Assembly: GCA_040954595.2 (NCBI GenBank)
Contig: CM082587.2
Location: 9,801,403 to 9,865,402 of the forward strand
DNA from: Balanoglossus misakiensis
Lineage: Eukaryota; Animalia; Hemichordata
DNA length: 64,000 nucleotides
Reading direction: 5' to 3'
The number at the start of each line of letters is the position of its first letter. Within the stretch, counting starts at the first letter, position 1. The position numbers and the translations under genes are program-made. This document shows, in pieces, positions 39,901 through 49,727 of the stretch. The notes under the pieces are model-generated. The model did no database searches and was not told the origin of the DNA. It saw only the letters and a list, made by a program, of their open reading frames with translations.

Positions 39901-42900
39901 TGTTATTATTGAAGTATCACTCTCTTACATTGAACACCTATTGTCTGGCCATGAGGGGCATACCAGCCATTTTACACCCGAGGGGCTGTGAGTTACCAGA
40001 ATCACATGCTATTTCCCGAGGCTGTAGGCTGAGGGAAATAGCATATGATTCTGGTAACTCAGTCATGAGGGGGTAAAAATGGCTGCTACATGTATGGCCC
40101 GAATATAGGCCAGGCCATAGTGTTTTTTATAATTAACCTCATGCACGTTGGTCACGTGACCGGTTTGTATTTTTTTCTGTTATTTCTCTAGGGAGTCATA
40201 GTCGATTCTTTTTTCCTATCATGTGACAGATTCTGGCAAATCATGACACAGTATTAGCATGAGGTATATTATAAAAAATATGCGATCAATGGCCAGCTAG
40301 AATTTTGAGAAGGAAAGAAAGAAGAGTTTCAGATGTCCTCTACAAAACCCCGGGAACTAACTAGGTGTTCACACAAGAGTAAAAACCACTCACCATCCAC
40401 TTCACAAAAATTATTTTTTGCATCATGGACTTTCCATGTTTTGAATGCTGCTCTACTTTCATCACTCAGACTGGTATCCAGAGCACCCAATTCTTTCTCT
40501 TCGTCTGTTTGACATCGTTCTACCTCTCCAAGCTGAGACTGCTCTGAATACTAATGAAATAATATTTCATTACAAATGTACATGTGCATGTTCTACATGC
40601 ACAGTCAAATTCTTAAAGATTATTTCTCTGTTAAATGAAATATCAATGCATTCAGAGCTCAACATGTACTGTTCAGTTCATACAAGGAAAATGTTTGTGG
40701 CGTTAAACTTCTCATGTTGACCCAGCAATTCTATATAACCAATCACCAGAAGTCTAACAAAAGAAGGATTATATGACAAAATGTCCCTTGTATAGCATTA
40801 GTATTAAACTTTACAAATACCAGGTACCGGTATACGAGTCCAACTTACTTTATTTTCTGTTTGAAACGCAACTGGCAGTTCATCCTGCATAAGACACAAA
40901 AAATGAACAGTTAAGATAAATTAGAAAGCATTTGTAATAAATTTCTTATAGTTGTCGTATCATGTTGTTTTGTTTCGGGTCTGTGCTGACTGTTGTATAG
41001 TGGAAAATGTGTGTGTTTTTTCCCTTTTGTTGAAGTTTTTTTGTAATGCATTCTGTAATGGATCTATGTCAACTGTGTTTTGTGTTTAAAGCAGAAGTGA
41101 CATTCCATTCTTGAGACTACATGTATAAGTCTTGTAGCTGACAGAGTAATGTATCTTGCCTGGCAATTAATAATTACAGTAATGAGCTACTTACTGCTGT
41201 ACACGCATGAACAGAGCAATCTTTGAGAGCACACTTGCTGTCATCCGGCCAGTACGGGCAATCTCGGTGTAAATTAACCTGTAAAAAATTTGGTCTCGAC
41301 TGTAAATTTATTGCATTTGAAACATAGACATCATGGCAGATGTTGATGTACATCTATAGACTCTCTCACAGCCCCTCCACTGCCGACACAGACATTTTGT
41401 CGGACTGAATGTCTGCCCTCTATGGTCAAGTGAAGCTCGGCCTGTAAGTGAAGTCGGCAAAACTCATGACGCTAAACGGTTGAGGGCGTGTCAGTGTGCA
41501 ACGGATTTGAAAAGCAAATAATGAACTGAAGGCTGTGAGAGAGATGTGTACATAGTTGTTGATGGACATGCTGTAATCATTTAGAGGGACAAAGTCTCTC
41601 TCTTGCTGCCCTTTTTAAATTAATAACGTTTGATACAAGACACCACTTATGTTATTCTACATGGATATATAGTGAATGAACGTTCGACCACAATCAACTT
41701 CCTTCCTACTTGTATGGTATGAGAGTAAAAACTCACCTAAAACGAATAAATGGTAGAGACTGATTATTCATTTTTCACTCTCATGTCTACAAGTACAAGC
41801 GGGATTGAACATGTGTGTGGTTGAACGTTGATTCCCTACATATCCACAAGTAGAATAACATAAACAGTGTCTTGTATAAAACATAAATAATGGAAAACGG
41901 GGAAGAAGAGAGAGACTTTGTCCCTTTAATAATCGTGTTTACACATTCACTCACACAACATAAAAAGCCATCTAGTGTAGTGTCCAGTCATATTTTGTCA
42001 GCCATGCTTCCAAAATGAAAGTCTAGCCTCAAGCATGCCACTTACCCAATTAAAGTCTAATTACATCACAACTGCCAGCGAAGGGCATCAGGCTTTAATG
42101 GGCCAGTAGCACGCTAGATGTTAGTTTTGGAAACAAAGCTGACAAAATACGGCTAGATACTACAATGTAGACAAGCAGCCATCAGAACCTTTCACTTTTG
42201 ACAATGATATCACAAGGGAAGAACTCATTCGATTCTAGAACCGTATTTACAAATTTATAGTTTCAGGAACCTGTGCAAAAAATGATGATGTCTATCTATC
42301 ATGAATATCCCACACAAAATTTTGTAATTACATGTTCAACTTCAAGGACTAATGATATATGGGGGTTACACACACACCATTAAGACGGTTCTGAAGCGTC
42401 TCAGATCAGACACTGTCTTAAAAACGTGACTCAAAGGATTAATGTTCTGTGTTTACCATGGGCAAATTGTGTCTCAAGTTATACCCTGCGTGAACCTGCT
42501 ACATGTACATAGATGAAACATAGGCCATTCACATTTCTCAAAAAAGGCTAGGCCCTTGTCCTAGCCAGGAACGTGGCTGAGCAAAAACACAGGTGTGAAC
42601 GGGTCTGGCCGACCCTTGTCCGGACAATTTTGGTCCCAGTCGATTGGGGTTGGTTTGCGGTCGACTCTGGTCAGACTCTAGTCCCAGCCTGGTGTGTGTG
42701 GACATGTTTTGTTCGACAACTGTGTCTGGTCCTGGTCCTCATTGGGGATGTTCAGTCCCACACTCGCCTGCAGTTCGTGTGGGACAGAAAATCCCCAACT
42801 CGTGTGAGAAATATGATCCCAGGTCCTTGGGAGTGTGAGATTCTATTAATCTTGTCACAATCATCGGGATTAGTTTTGCCAGGCCATGGGCCTAGATGTG

Positions 42901-45900
42901 TACCTACATGTACTAACACATGAACAACAAATGTTTATGCGTCACTTGAATATTAAAGTACCAATAAAAATACCTGGTTTTTAAAATGTACTGTGTATGG
43001 GGAGGATGCATTTAGGGTGTGGCTAAAAAAAGTTGCCTGTGGCGAAAAAAAATAACATTTTTGCCACACCAGGCAAGTGCGGCTAAAACAGAAAAAAAAT
43101 CCTACCACTATTAAACCCTGGTATAAGATTTATTAGTAATAGTTTATAAACATTATTTACTGACCTTAAAATATCGAAAATAATTTCTGGCTAATAGATC
43201 CGATAATATTGGTTGTATCTTCACATTATTAAAATAATCCACTGTGTCTATGTGGCAAGTACAGTCATCCACTTCTCCATGTAACTGTCAACAGAAAATT
43301 GAAACAAATTCTATCATCTGACACAGCCAGTATGTACATGTACTCAATAAAGAAAAAAAATGACTCTTTTATGATCTTTAAAATTAAAAAATAGATATAT
43401 TGATCAAACACAGTACTCACATTTGGACTGTACAATAATTTGACTTCACTACATGCATTGCAAAGTAGTAGAAAATAAAGGCAAATACACTCAAGCTGTG
43501 ACATAACAAAGTCTAGGCAGACAATACAGAATTACTATATTTGTCACTTCTATATTGAGAACTATATTTATGAAAGATACTAAACAATAGCATGCTCCAA
43601 CAGCACATTTACACGTGTCCTTCTTTAATTAATCAATTATCATAATTTATTACCACCCTTGGTGAGCTTATAATACATGAAACTAAAATAAGAGAACTAA
43701 TTATGACGTAGATGTAATTGACATGTATACATGTAACCCTAAAATTGCACAATTCCTGTGTTCTACATGGACTTTGCACATGTCATAATTTATTTTCATG
43801 TATTTAGGAATAGTTTTATGTAAACAAACGAAATTGTCATATAAACCATGTGTATTTCAAGTTATAAATAGAACACAACAACACAATTTGTATGGAAGTC
43901 CTGTGCATCAGTGGACTGCTAATATTTTATTTTCCATACTACAGTGTTTCATCTAAATGTACTATGGGGCCCAGGGGGGTTTACCCCTTGTTGACATGTT
44001 GTCACCCAATAGCAATTTGTCAAATGAGGACCAGGGCTCCTTAAAACGATGTTACTCACATGTTAGAGTTATTACATTACATGTACATGTACATGTACCC
44101 CTTGTCGACCCCCTCACCCCATATTTCTGGCAAATGAGAAGGGGGGGGGGGCATATCCCCCCCCCCCCCCTTAGTTAGAACACTGATGCTATCAATATGT
44201 ATTAATATCATTAATACTTCTTTATTCAGATGATTTAAAACAGGATTTAAATGGAATGGAAATACTGTACCCCACCACCATACTGGCAATTGTCCCAATT
44301 AGGGTCCATGCATGCTCATCAAAGTACATGTACCCATCAATATATATATAATGAAAGTTTGTATGGCAAAGCATCAAGTCCTACATCATATTCGGTATGG
44401 AAGTATGGAGTGTAATTATTATATATAATTCCCCCATATTTCGAACGAGTGTGCCTGCGTCGCGGACGAGTGATTCCCCGTATAGCGGCCGTATCCCTCC
44501 GAGCCGCAGGCGAGGAGGGATACAGCTATACGGGGAATCACGAGTTCGCGACGCAGGTACACGAGTGAGGAATACGGGGGAATTATATGTTTATCACATA
44601 CATAGATCCGCTAATTTTGATTTTCAAATAAATCTCTTTGTGGTTGCGATAAAATTTGGAACTATTTTGTGCAAAATTGTTATGCGGTCTATCTGTCTGG
44701 TGACTGAGGTCACGACCTGGACGATTCTGGTTTTGGCGAGGACCCGTCTGTCGTGCGTCAGCTGGATTTCATCGTCTGTCAAGGTTTCACTGGAGCAGGA
44801 AACCTTTCTTGCTTTATGACTAGACCGTTTTGCTCTAATCGTCGCATCAAAATTTTTGCGAATACTCAGTTTTGTACCTGTCGCTCGTTCGACAACGCGA
44901 CGACTTTGGCTCAGCACTGACGACCTCGCGACAGTTTTTGTGCCGGTTGGTGCGATAAAAATGTACACAGGTAAAACTAATCGTCGATCGTCCATATTTA
45001 CACATACGAAACATTTTATTTATCTTTGCTTATTTTTTAATATCGAAATAAAACCAACAATTGCACTGAATTTTGTCGCCCTAAGAGGACTTTGTTTACA
45101 AGTTTAAAATAGTTCCGTTTGGTGACGTCAGACGGATGGGTATTACAATAACGCTTGGTGCAAATTTACCTACGTCTGACGTCATACTATGGTATATGCG
45201 GAGCTATGTATGTGATAAAAACTGAAATTCAGACTCCTATAATAGTACATGTATTTTCAACTCATAATCTCCTATTTTCATCTCAAGGGGTGGGGGTGGG
45301 GGGCTGGGATCTCATGCCGCAAAGCACATGTGGGTAATTTTTACCACAGCCGCCCATTTCAAACAAGGCACGCGAATATGTAGCTGTAGTTCAGTAGTTT
45401 GAAGTTTTGTCTTGGTTTGTGTGTTAGACAGCAAAACACAAGGCAAAACCTCAAGCTACTTAACTGCGCATATCCAGGAGGTACATTAGCTGCAATGACT
45501 GTAGCGGGTGTTGCTGTGGGTCTGAAGCCCTACCACTCCCTTTGCTGTAGGCTGTTGGGGGAGGGGGTTTGCTACCCCAACAATTAACCTACAGCAGGGA
45601 GAGTGGTACATGTAGGAGGACTACGGACCTCAACAATATAATTAATAGCGAATGTTGAAGACATCGTCATCAAACGAGCAGCACCCACTACAATCATTGC
45701 AGTTACATGTACCCCAAGTGGTGACACTCTCCAAGGGAAGTGGGTATCCATGCATGTTTTCAATCTGATTAAAATCAGTTGTAGGGAAATGGAACGTCTT
45801 TTACTAACAAATGTTAGCGGTACAGTTTTCTTTGCTGTCGCCTCACATAAAAATACCGAACAGCTGCATAAGTAAAAGACGTCGCCATTCCATACATCTG

Positions 45901-46731
45901 ATTTTAATCAGATTGGCGTGTTCCAAAAATTACAGGGAAGGGGTGGTTTTTATTCCCTATCATGGATCGAAATCGAGAAAAAGGGGTACTTTAAAAAGAA
46001 CTGGCCAAAGAATGGTTCGAAATTTCCCAAGAAATATCTACATGTATCAGACACTCAGACGTGTCAGAAAAGTTGTTGTTTTTTATGGCTCATAGAATGT
46101 AAGCACTCCTTTAACATGTTCTACATGAGTTTCATACTCCCCTTTCCAAAGTTAACAGTTTCAGACTCTGATGTGTTATGTCAGGGACACTGGTTATGTG
46201 AAAACAATAACATACAATGTAATACAGCATTGACCAGACACTAATTATAGAAATAATACATTTGCATAGCTCCTGGATTTTGTAATGACACGTAAGGCCT
46301 AAGGGGGCGTTTGTTGATATTATTTTCTCCCATGTTTCTCAATAAAGGGGGTGTTTTTGATGAAAAATCACAAATTACTAATTAGGGGGGTATCTTGAAA
46401 TTTTATGTCACCGCCGAGGCAGTTACACACCCAGGAGAATGCATATGACCAGAATACATTTGCAATGTAGCTACAGTTCAGTAGCTCGATTTTGCCTTGT
46501 TTACAAGTGTGTTTTGACACAAACAAGACAAAACCTCGAGCTACTAAACTGCAGCTTACAAGACCATGGCGGGGTGCGAAAATAAAACACAAACCGTTAA
46601 TGATTACGTAATTAAATAAAGACACTTACCTGGCAAAAACAACGATCAGCAGTTTGATTCTTCGGTGATGAAGAGACAACGACCAACACCAGTGTCACTG
46701 TCAATGAGAGGACCAAAACCAGGTTCTGCAT
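24913..46731 (-). CDS. ERO1: ER oxidoreductin 1 (ERO1-like), 13 coding exons, 447 aa
   Basis: Exons 46630-46731, 43165-43284, 41195-41278, 40849-40884, 40394-40550, 39217-39337, 36340-36395, 35736-35828, 34842-35021, 32939-33069, 26368-26454, 25577-25692, 24913-24973. All are GT-AG, phases are consistent and the total is 1344 nt. Motifs: signal peptide, RCFCQ, CALKDC shuttle, [41 protein letters not shown]. Confidence 0.96.
25577..25692 (-). CDS. ERO1: ERO1 exon 12
   Basis: [13 protein letters not shown]...[14 protein letters not shown]. Confidence 0.94.
26368..26454 (-). CDS. ERO1: ERO1 exon 11 (CxxCxxC active site)
   Basis: [29 protein letters not shown]. Confidence 0.95.
27013..27023 (+). 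promoter_or_regulatory. NF-kB-like site upstream of the TLR (second candidate GGGGAATTGCC at 28307-28317; both also in unit A)
   Basis: GGGGACTTTTC is an imperfect match to GGGRNYYYCC. Motif match only. Confidence 0.25.
28706..31570 (+). CDS. Toll-like receptor copy B, intact, intronless, single-cysteine-cluster type, 954 aa
   Basis: Signal peptide [20 protein letters not shown] (C..C.DC), many LxxLxLxxN repeats, LRRCT (DCTEC...C...C), TM helix, and TIR ([27 protein letters not shown]). First in-frame ATG is 28706; the ORF track starts at GTG 28682. Confidence 0.97.
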   Translation: MSPLLRRFAIILLIVNLSESRAGTLCKVYKATCVDCTDRDLVNLPGDLPTRATDLDLANNKLRSLPSYSFKSLRQLECLSIAFNDIKSIGSKSLRGLYRLQQLDLQGNGIATVAPEAFLDLSKLEMLHLSSNQLTNLPEGVFSTLGKLKQLDIRSNSLASLSALAFQGLVSLQKLDLTYNTIEDLSDGVFQELTNLKSIGLSDNPLPCFPSSAVRDLSNIEEIYFDQNTIGADCSEINLKRLQHLKLLSFRHCQLTDTIIQNMSFGGNAPYKINMAFNRLVASNYSAFNVLKNVSRINLSGNQMNLDSLERFLRHFQGEGSSVTKSLKERNLVALELGSNEISSLPTGVFQQLHDLEELDMGYNKLQHVAVDAFLGLHNLKVLGLSDNELNTLHSAFRGLDNIQLIDFTRNRLSNSTQVLNSLGRLPTLRHLNFSYNHLAGQMPPNISDRLPSLVDLDLSHNSFTSVHNDSFRFSVNLERLDLSHNDILLSAEQVFFPLVSLRSLSLTGNPLVHYDTFSWHPFKHCTNLRELFLSNWFAVSLHLEDIPGLESLDFDNALYEHYKVGSVDIADMSKKLGSLRVSKLRIENMFITSWLGRRKNHEIQNRFLTIETLVLSNVRFGMTFDASLFFSLFPNVKNLYLEYIDGITSLKDLPTTKKLEYINFSLGFHHQLTALSTELLESQQNLKEVIIFSTGLDCTECKMKEFLDWAKWDEVVILKVPRCEFPYNVPVYSLNLGLECNQIFKISVPITCVAVFAIVCIVLGIRLRWHVRYMIFLGRLRCGGYQLQINDDDDDQPLNKKYDAFVCYNEHDSDWVWQQLVPNLENAGPPNLKLCLHERDFIPGADIFENILDSIENSHKTMLVLSPHFAESEWCYFEMRMAQNCLFDDKRDVLFLMLLEEIPDAVMPRVLRKILLTKNYITWVENEEGRRLFWKKLKMGLRSGNRVNRVADV
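32939..33069 (-). CDS. ERO1: ERO1 exon 10
   Basis: [10 protein letters not shown]...[13 protein letters not shown]...LK|GTTAGT. Confidence 0.92.
33612..34799. mobile_element. pogo/Tigger-like non-autonomous element in ERO1 intron 9
   Basis: TA|CAGTGGAACGCCGATTATCCGAAC...GTTCGGATAATCGGCGTTCCACTG|TA with repeated TTCGGATAAT motifs. Confidence 0.9.
34842..35021 (-). CDS. ERO1: ERO1 exon 9
   Basis: [13 protein letters not shown]...[23 protein letters not shown]. Confidence 0.95.
35736..35828 (-). CDS. ERO1: ERO1 exon 8
   Basis: [28 protein letters not shown]. Confidence 0.95.
36340..36395 (-). CDS. ERO1: ERO1 exon 7
   Basis: [18 protein letters not shown]; its phases bridge exons 6 and 8. Confidence 0.78.
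37260..39187. mobile_element. AGGGACAAAG-family MITE split by a nested Kolobok-like element (37568-39137)
   Basis: Outer TIRs at 37260 and 39187. Inner element TTAA|GGTGGCATTGCATGAAA...TTTCATGCAATGCCACC|TTAA. Confidence 0.88.
39217..39337 (-). CDS. ERO1: ERO1 exon 6
   Basis: [16 protein letters not shown]...[11 protein letters not shown]. Confidence 0.95.
39390..39909 (-). mobile_element. Hairpin-bearing repeat, inverted paralog of 55480-57690
   Basis: Reverse-complement match (for example CGCAGAAAAGATGC and GAAGCCATATATGCGGGAG) to 55780-56095 and 57612-57690. Confidence 0.8.
40394..40550 (-). CDS. ERO1: ERO1 exon 5
   Basis: YSEQ...[33 protein letters not shown]. Confidence 0.9.
40849..40884 (-). 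CDS. ERO1: ERO1 exon 4 (36 nt)
   Basis: CAG|[12 protein letters not shown]|GTAAGT. Confidence 0.8.
41195..41278 (-). CDS. ERO1: ERO1 exon 3
   Basis: [28 protein letters not shown]. Confidence 0.93.
41585..41925. mobile_element. AGGGACAAAG-family TTAA MITE
   Basis: TIRs present; right-hand TTAA. Confidence 0.85.
43165..43284 (-). CDS. ERO1: ERO1 exon 2
   Basis: [40 protein letters not shown]. Confidence 0.93.
44419..45218 (+). mobile_element. Hairpin plus inverted-repeat element (putative non-autonomous Crypton-like)
   Basis: Palindrome of about 170 bp centred on GAGCCGCAGGCGAG, then TTTATCACATACATAG...CTATGTATGTGATAAA. Confidence 0.65.
46630..46731 (-). CDS. ERO1: ERO1 exon 1
   Basis: [34 protein letters not shown]|GTAAGT. 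Confidence 0.9.
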
Positions 46732-46999
46732 TTTACGCGCACGCTGAGCTGACAGAAGGCGTTCAGTTTTTCTACTCCTGATCCGCGATCAACGACTGTG
46801 TTGACTGTTGTGATAACAGAGGTTGGTTTCAACAGTCGAGCAGCTGACAACACTCCTGGAACAAGCAGAATCGCCAGAACTTCCACGAAGGGAACACAAA
46901 CAATCAGCGATTTCTCAAGAAAAGTTCAGATATGATTTCCTCGCGCAGCGTTCAACAACGCATATCGTCGTCGTTGAAACAGTGCACTTGAGTCCACAG
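46732..46999. promoter_or_regulatory. Putative bidirectional promoter region of ERO1/CMTR2 with a non-coding CMTR2 exon 1
   Basis: CpG-rich stretch just upstream of the ERO1 ATG. A + strand donor CAG|GTAACA lies at 46999, and the CMTR2 coding exon begins at an acceptor (49700). Confidence 0.5.
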
Positions 47000-47702
47000 G
47001 TAACAGTAAATGTGACGTGTCCTTTACGCGGCTATGGACGATGACACAAGGCTCTGAGGACATTACAACATACACAACACCATTGTACAATTGTAAACAG
47101 GATGTTGACCACAAGCTAAGAAGGTAGCATCAGAATCAGTCTTGCTTCGAATGCTTCTTTAGCTTAGGGATGGACCATTGAATCTCCAGGGGGTCTGGAA
47201 GCAACAGCTTAACATTCTCCACACAGAGACTAGCGCGGATATTGTCTTTATCCTACTAGTATCTGAGGACTAGTCTGGCCGATACTCTTAATATCAGCAG
47301 ACGACCTCGACCATCGGGGGGGGGGGGTGGTGTGATCCCCCCATCCCCCCCCCCCCTGCTCGACCATGGTCACTGTTGCAAGATTCTGAATCCAACGCTA
47401 ACTTGTTGTCCATAAAGCATTCTGGGAAAAGATAAAGCCAGTGTCGCGTCAATGGACGTGTAGTGCTGTGCACGTGTACGTGTATGATGAATAACGGGGA
47501 TGCAGTAATGTAATGTATTTATTTAGGAACAGTGTGTACTATTACTCGCCAGGCCATTTTGGGATTGTCTGCAATTGTATCCGTAGGTAGGTTGTTCCAT
47601 TTATCAATAGTCCCGATTCTATCACAGTCACTGCCTAATTGGGGACATTGACCGGGGGGGGGGGGGTGTATCGTAACATTTGATTTGTTAGTGACTGGTC
47701 AG

Positions 47703-48372
47703 TATACACATGATGACTGACAATGAGGGCAACAGTGTATTTTGATGTCCGAGGGCGCTGCTAGTCACAACTAAAACAGTCTTGTTTTCCCGAGGGAAAA
47801 CAGACTGTTTAGGTGTGACTGGCAGTCCTGAGATCATCAAAAATACACTGTTGCCCGAATATGTCAATCATCATGTGTTTTATAACACACCAAACACGAC
47901 ACACACCACATCCAGGCAACAGTACCGGGCAGAAACCGATCGAAATGATGCCCTAGGGAACAGTTCGAAATGACTAAGGTCACGTGACGGCGTATTGACG
48001 AATCACGATCGAGGGTTCGCTGCATGGTGTGTTATAATATACACATGATGACTGACAATGAGGGCAACAGTGTATTTTGATGTCCGAGGGCGCTGCTAGT
48101 CACAACTAAAACAGTCTTGTTTTCCCGAGGGAAAACAGACTGTTTAGGTGTGACTGGCAGTCCTGAGATCATCAAAAATACACTGTTGCCCGAATATGTC
48201 AATCATCATGTGTTTTATAACACACCAAACACGACACACACCACATCCAGGCAACAGTACCGGGCAGAAACCGATCGAAATGATGCCCTAGGGAACAGTT
48301 CGAAATGACTAAGGTCACGTGACGGCGTATTGACGAATCACGATCGAGGGTTCGCTGCATGGTGTGTTACAA
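47703..48372 (+). repeat. Head-to-tail dimer of a 335-bp hairpin element
   Basis: Identical 63-aa ORFs at 47782 and 48117 (offset 335). Confidence 0.95.
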
Positions 48373-48540
48373 TTTCTTCTGCCTGGGGGTGGTGGATTAT
48401 GGGGGGGGGGGGGTCAGCCTGTGTTGGAATTGGGTGATGGGGGGGGGCACCTTGTTTGGGAATGCTAAATGAGGGATGAAAATTGCTTTTGAGTCCACAA
48501 AAATACAGTTTCGAGCTCTTTATTCACGATGACCGTGCTT

Positions 48541-48859
48541 TATTTAAGCAATAAAACACCCCCAGCCATGGTATACCACGAGATTTTGACCAGTTCACGA
48601 CATATACGCACGAGCGATAGCGAGTGCGTATATGGAGTTGAACTGGTCAAAATCGAGTGGTATACCATGGCTGGGGGTGTTTTATTGCTATTATATTATG
48701 CCAGTATATTGAAACTTTGCATAAAACATTTTAAAAAGGCATTTTCTTTGACTATGATATATGACTGTGGTATATGGCTAATATATCACGGTCACGTGTC
48801 GTGTCTCGACCAATCAAATAGCGTGATTTACACCATCAATATACTGGTATAATATAATA
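48541..48859 (+). mobile_element. Hairpin plus inverted-repeat element (putative Crypton-like)
   Basis: Palindrome AGCAATAAAACACCCCCAGCCATGG...CCATGGCTGGGGGTGTTTTATTGCT, then TATATTATGCCAGTATATTGA...TCAATATACTGGTATAATATA. Confidence 0.65.
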
Positions 48860-49727
48860 CAACATTTTCTCCCCCTCCCATGCACACCCACGGCACCTCT
48901 TCATTTAATTCCTTAGACACCTTTCATGATGATGTATTGGCTGGTTTGTCCAGTGTACCAGGCAGTCCAGAGCAGGGTAATTGCCTCCCCCTAATCAACT
49001 CAACATCAGTAGGGCCTACCGATCGTGTTGGGCCTACCGATGTTGAGTGGATTTGCTTTTGAGTTCATTAATCAGATTAGCTCTGCAAAATTTTCTAACG
49101 TAGTATAGTTTCAGAGGATAAAATTAGTTTATAACTTGTAAAGAAAGAATTTTGCAGGTGATATCATGAATTACATTCAAACTGATGTACTCATGTATAT
49201 ATATATATCTGATATAAATTATATACATACACATACAGTACAACATGTATACACACACAAACAAACACAAATCACTGGGAAGGGGACACTTCATGTACAT
49301 GTATGTTTTTGAAAGTTGACATGAGGGGGAGGTCACCCACTTTTCAATTTTCAATGAGGGGGTGGGGGTCAGTCACTTTTTGATATCCACAAAATAGAAT
49401 CCCCTCCAGGCTGAAGAAACTGACAAGTCCCTTAGTGTTAACTGTTAATCTTCATTTACAATTTGTCGAGACAATTTAGAAGCCCCTGTCTTGATTTTGA
49501 GATATAATGACAATATCTCCTGCATATAGCAGACAGCTGATGGCTGATGCAACTCTGAATCAGATCTGCAGGAGCTCTCTTCAGATCTGCAGTTTGATAA
49601 GGGAAAACAGTACTGAGTTCATTACACAATGTATGTGTCCCATGTGACAATCTTTTATACAACATGGTGCTTATTGCAAATTTTGTTGTCTTCATTATAG
49701 GTATTAGTGTATCGCTTCGACCACAAA

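Noticed and set aside
44397-45107. ORFs of 140, 123 and 83 aa
   Set aside because: They lie in a palindromic repeat and show no recognisable domain.
47316-48450. Poly-G/C tracts as functional G-quadruplexes
   Set aside because: Such homopolymers are scattered through the window, vary in length between duplicates, and have no supporting context.
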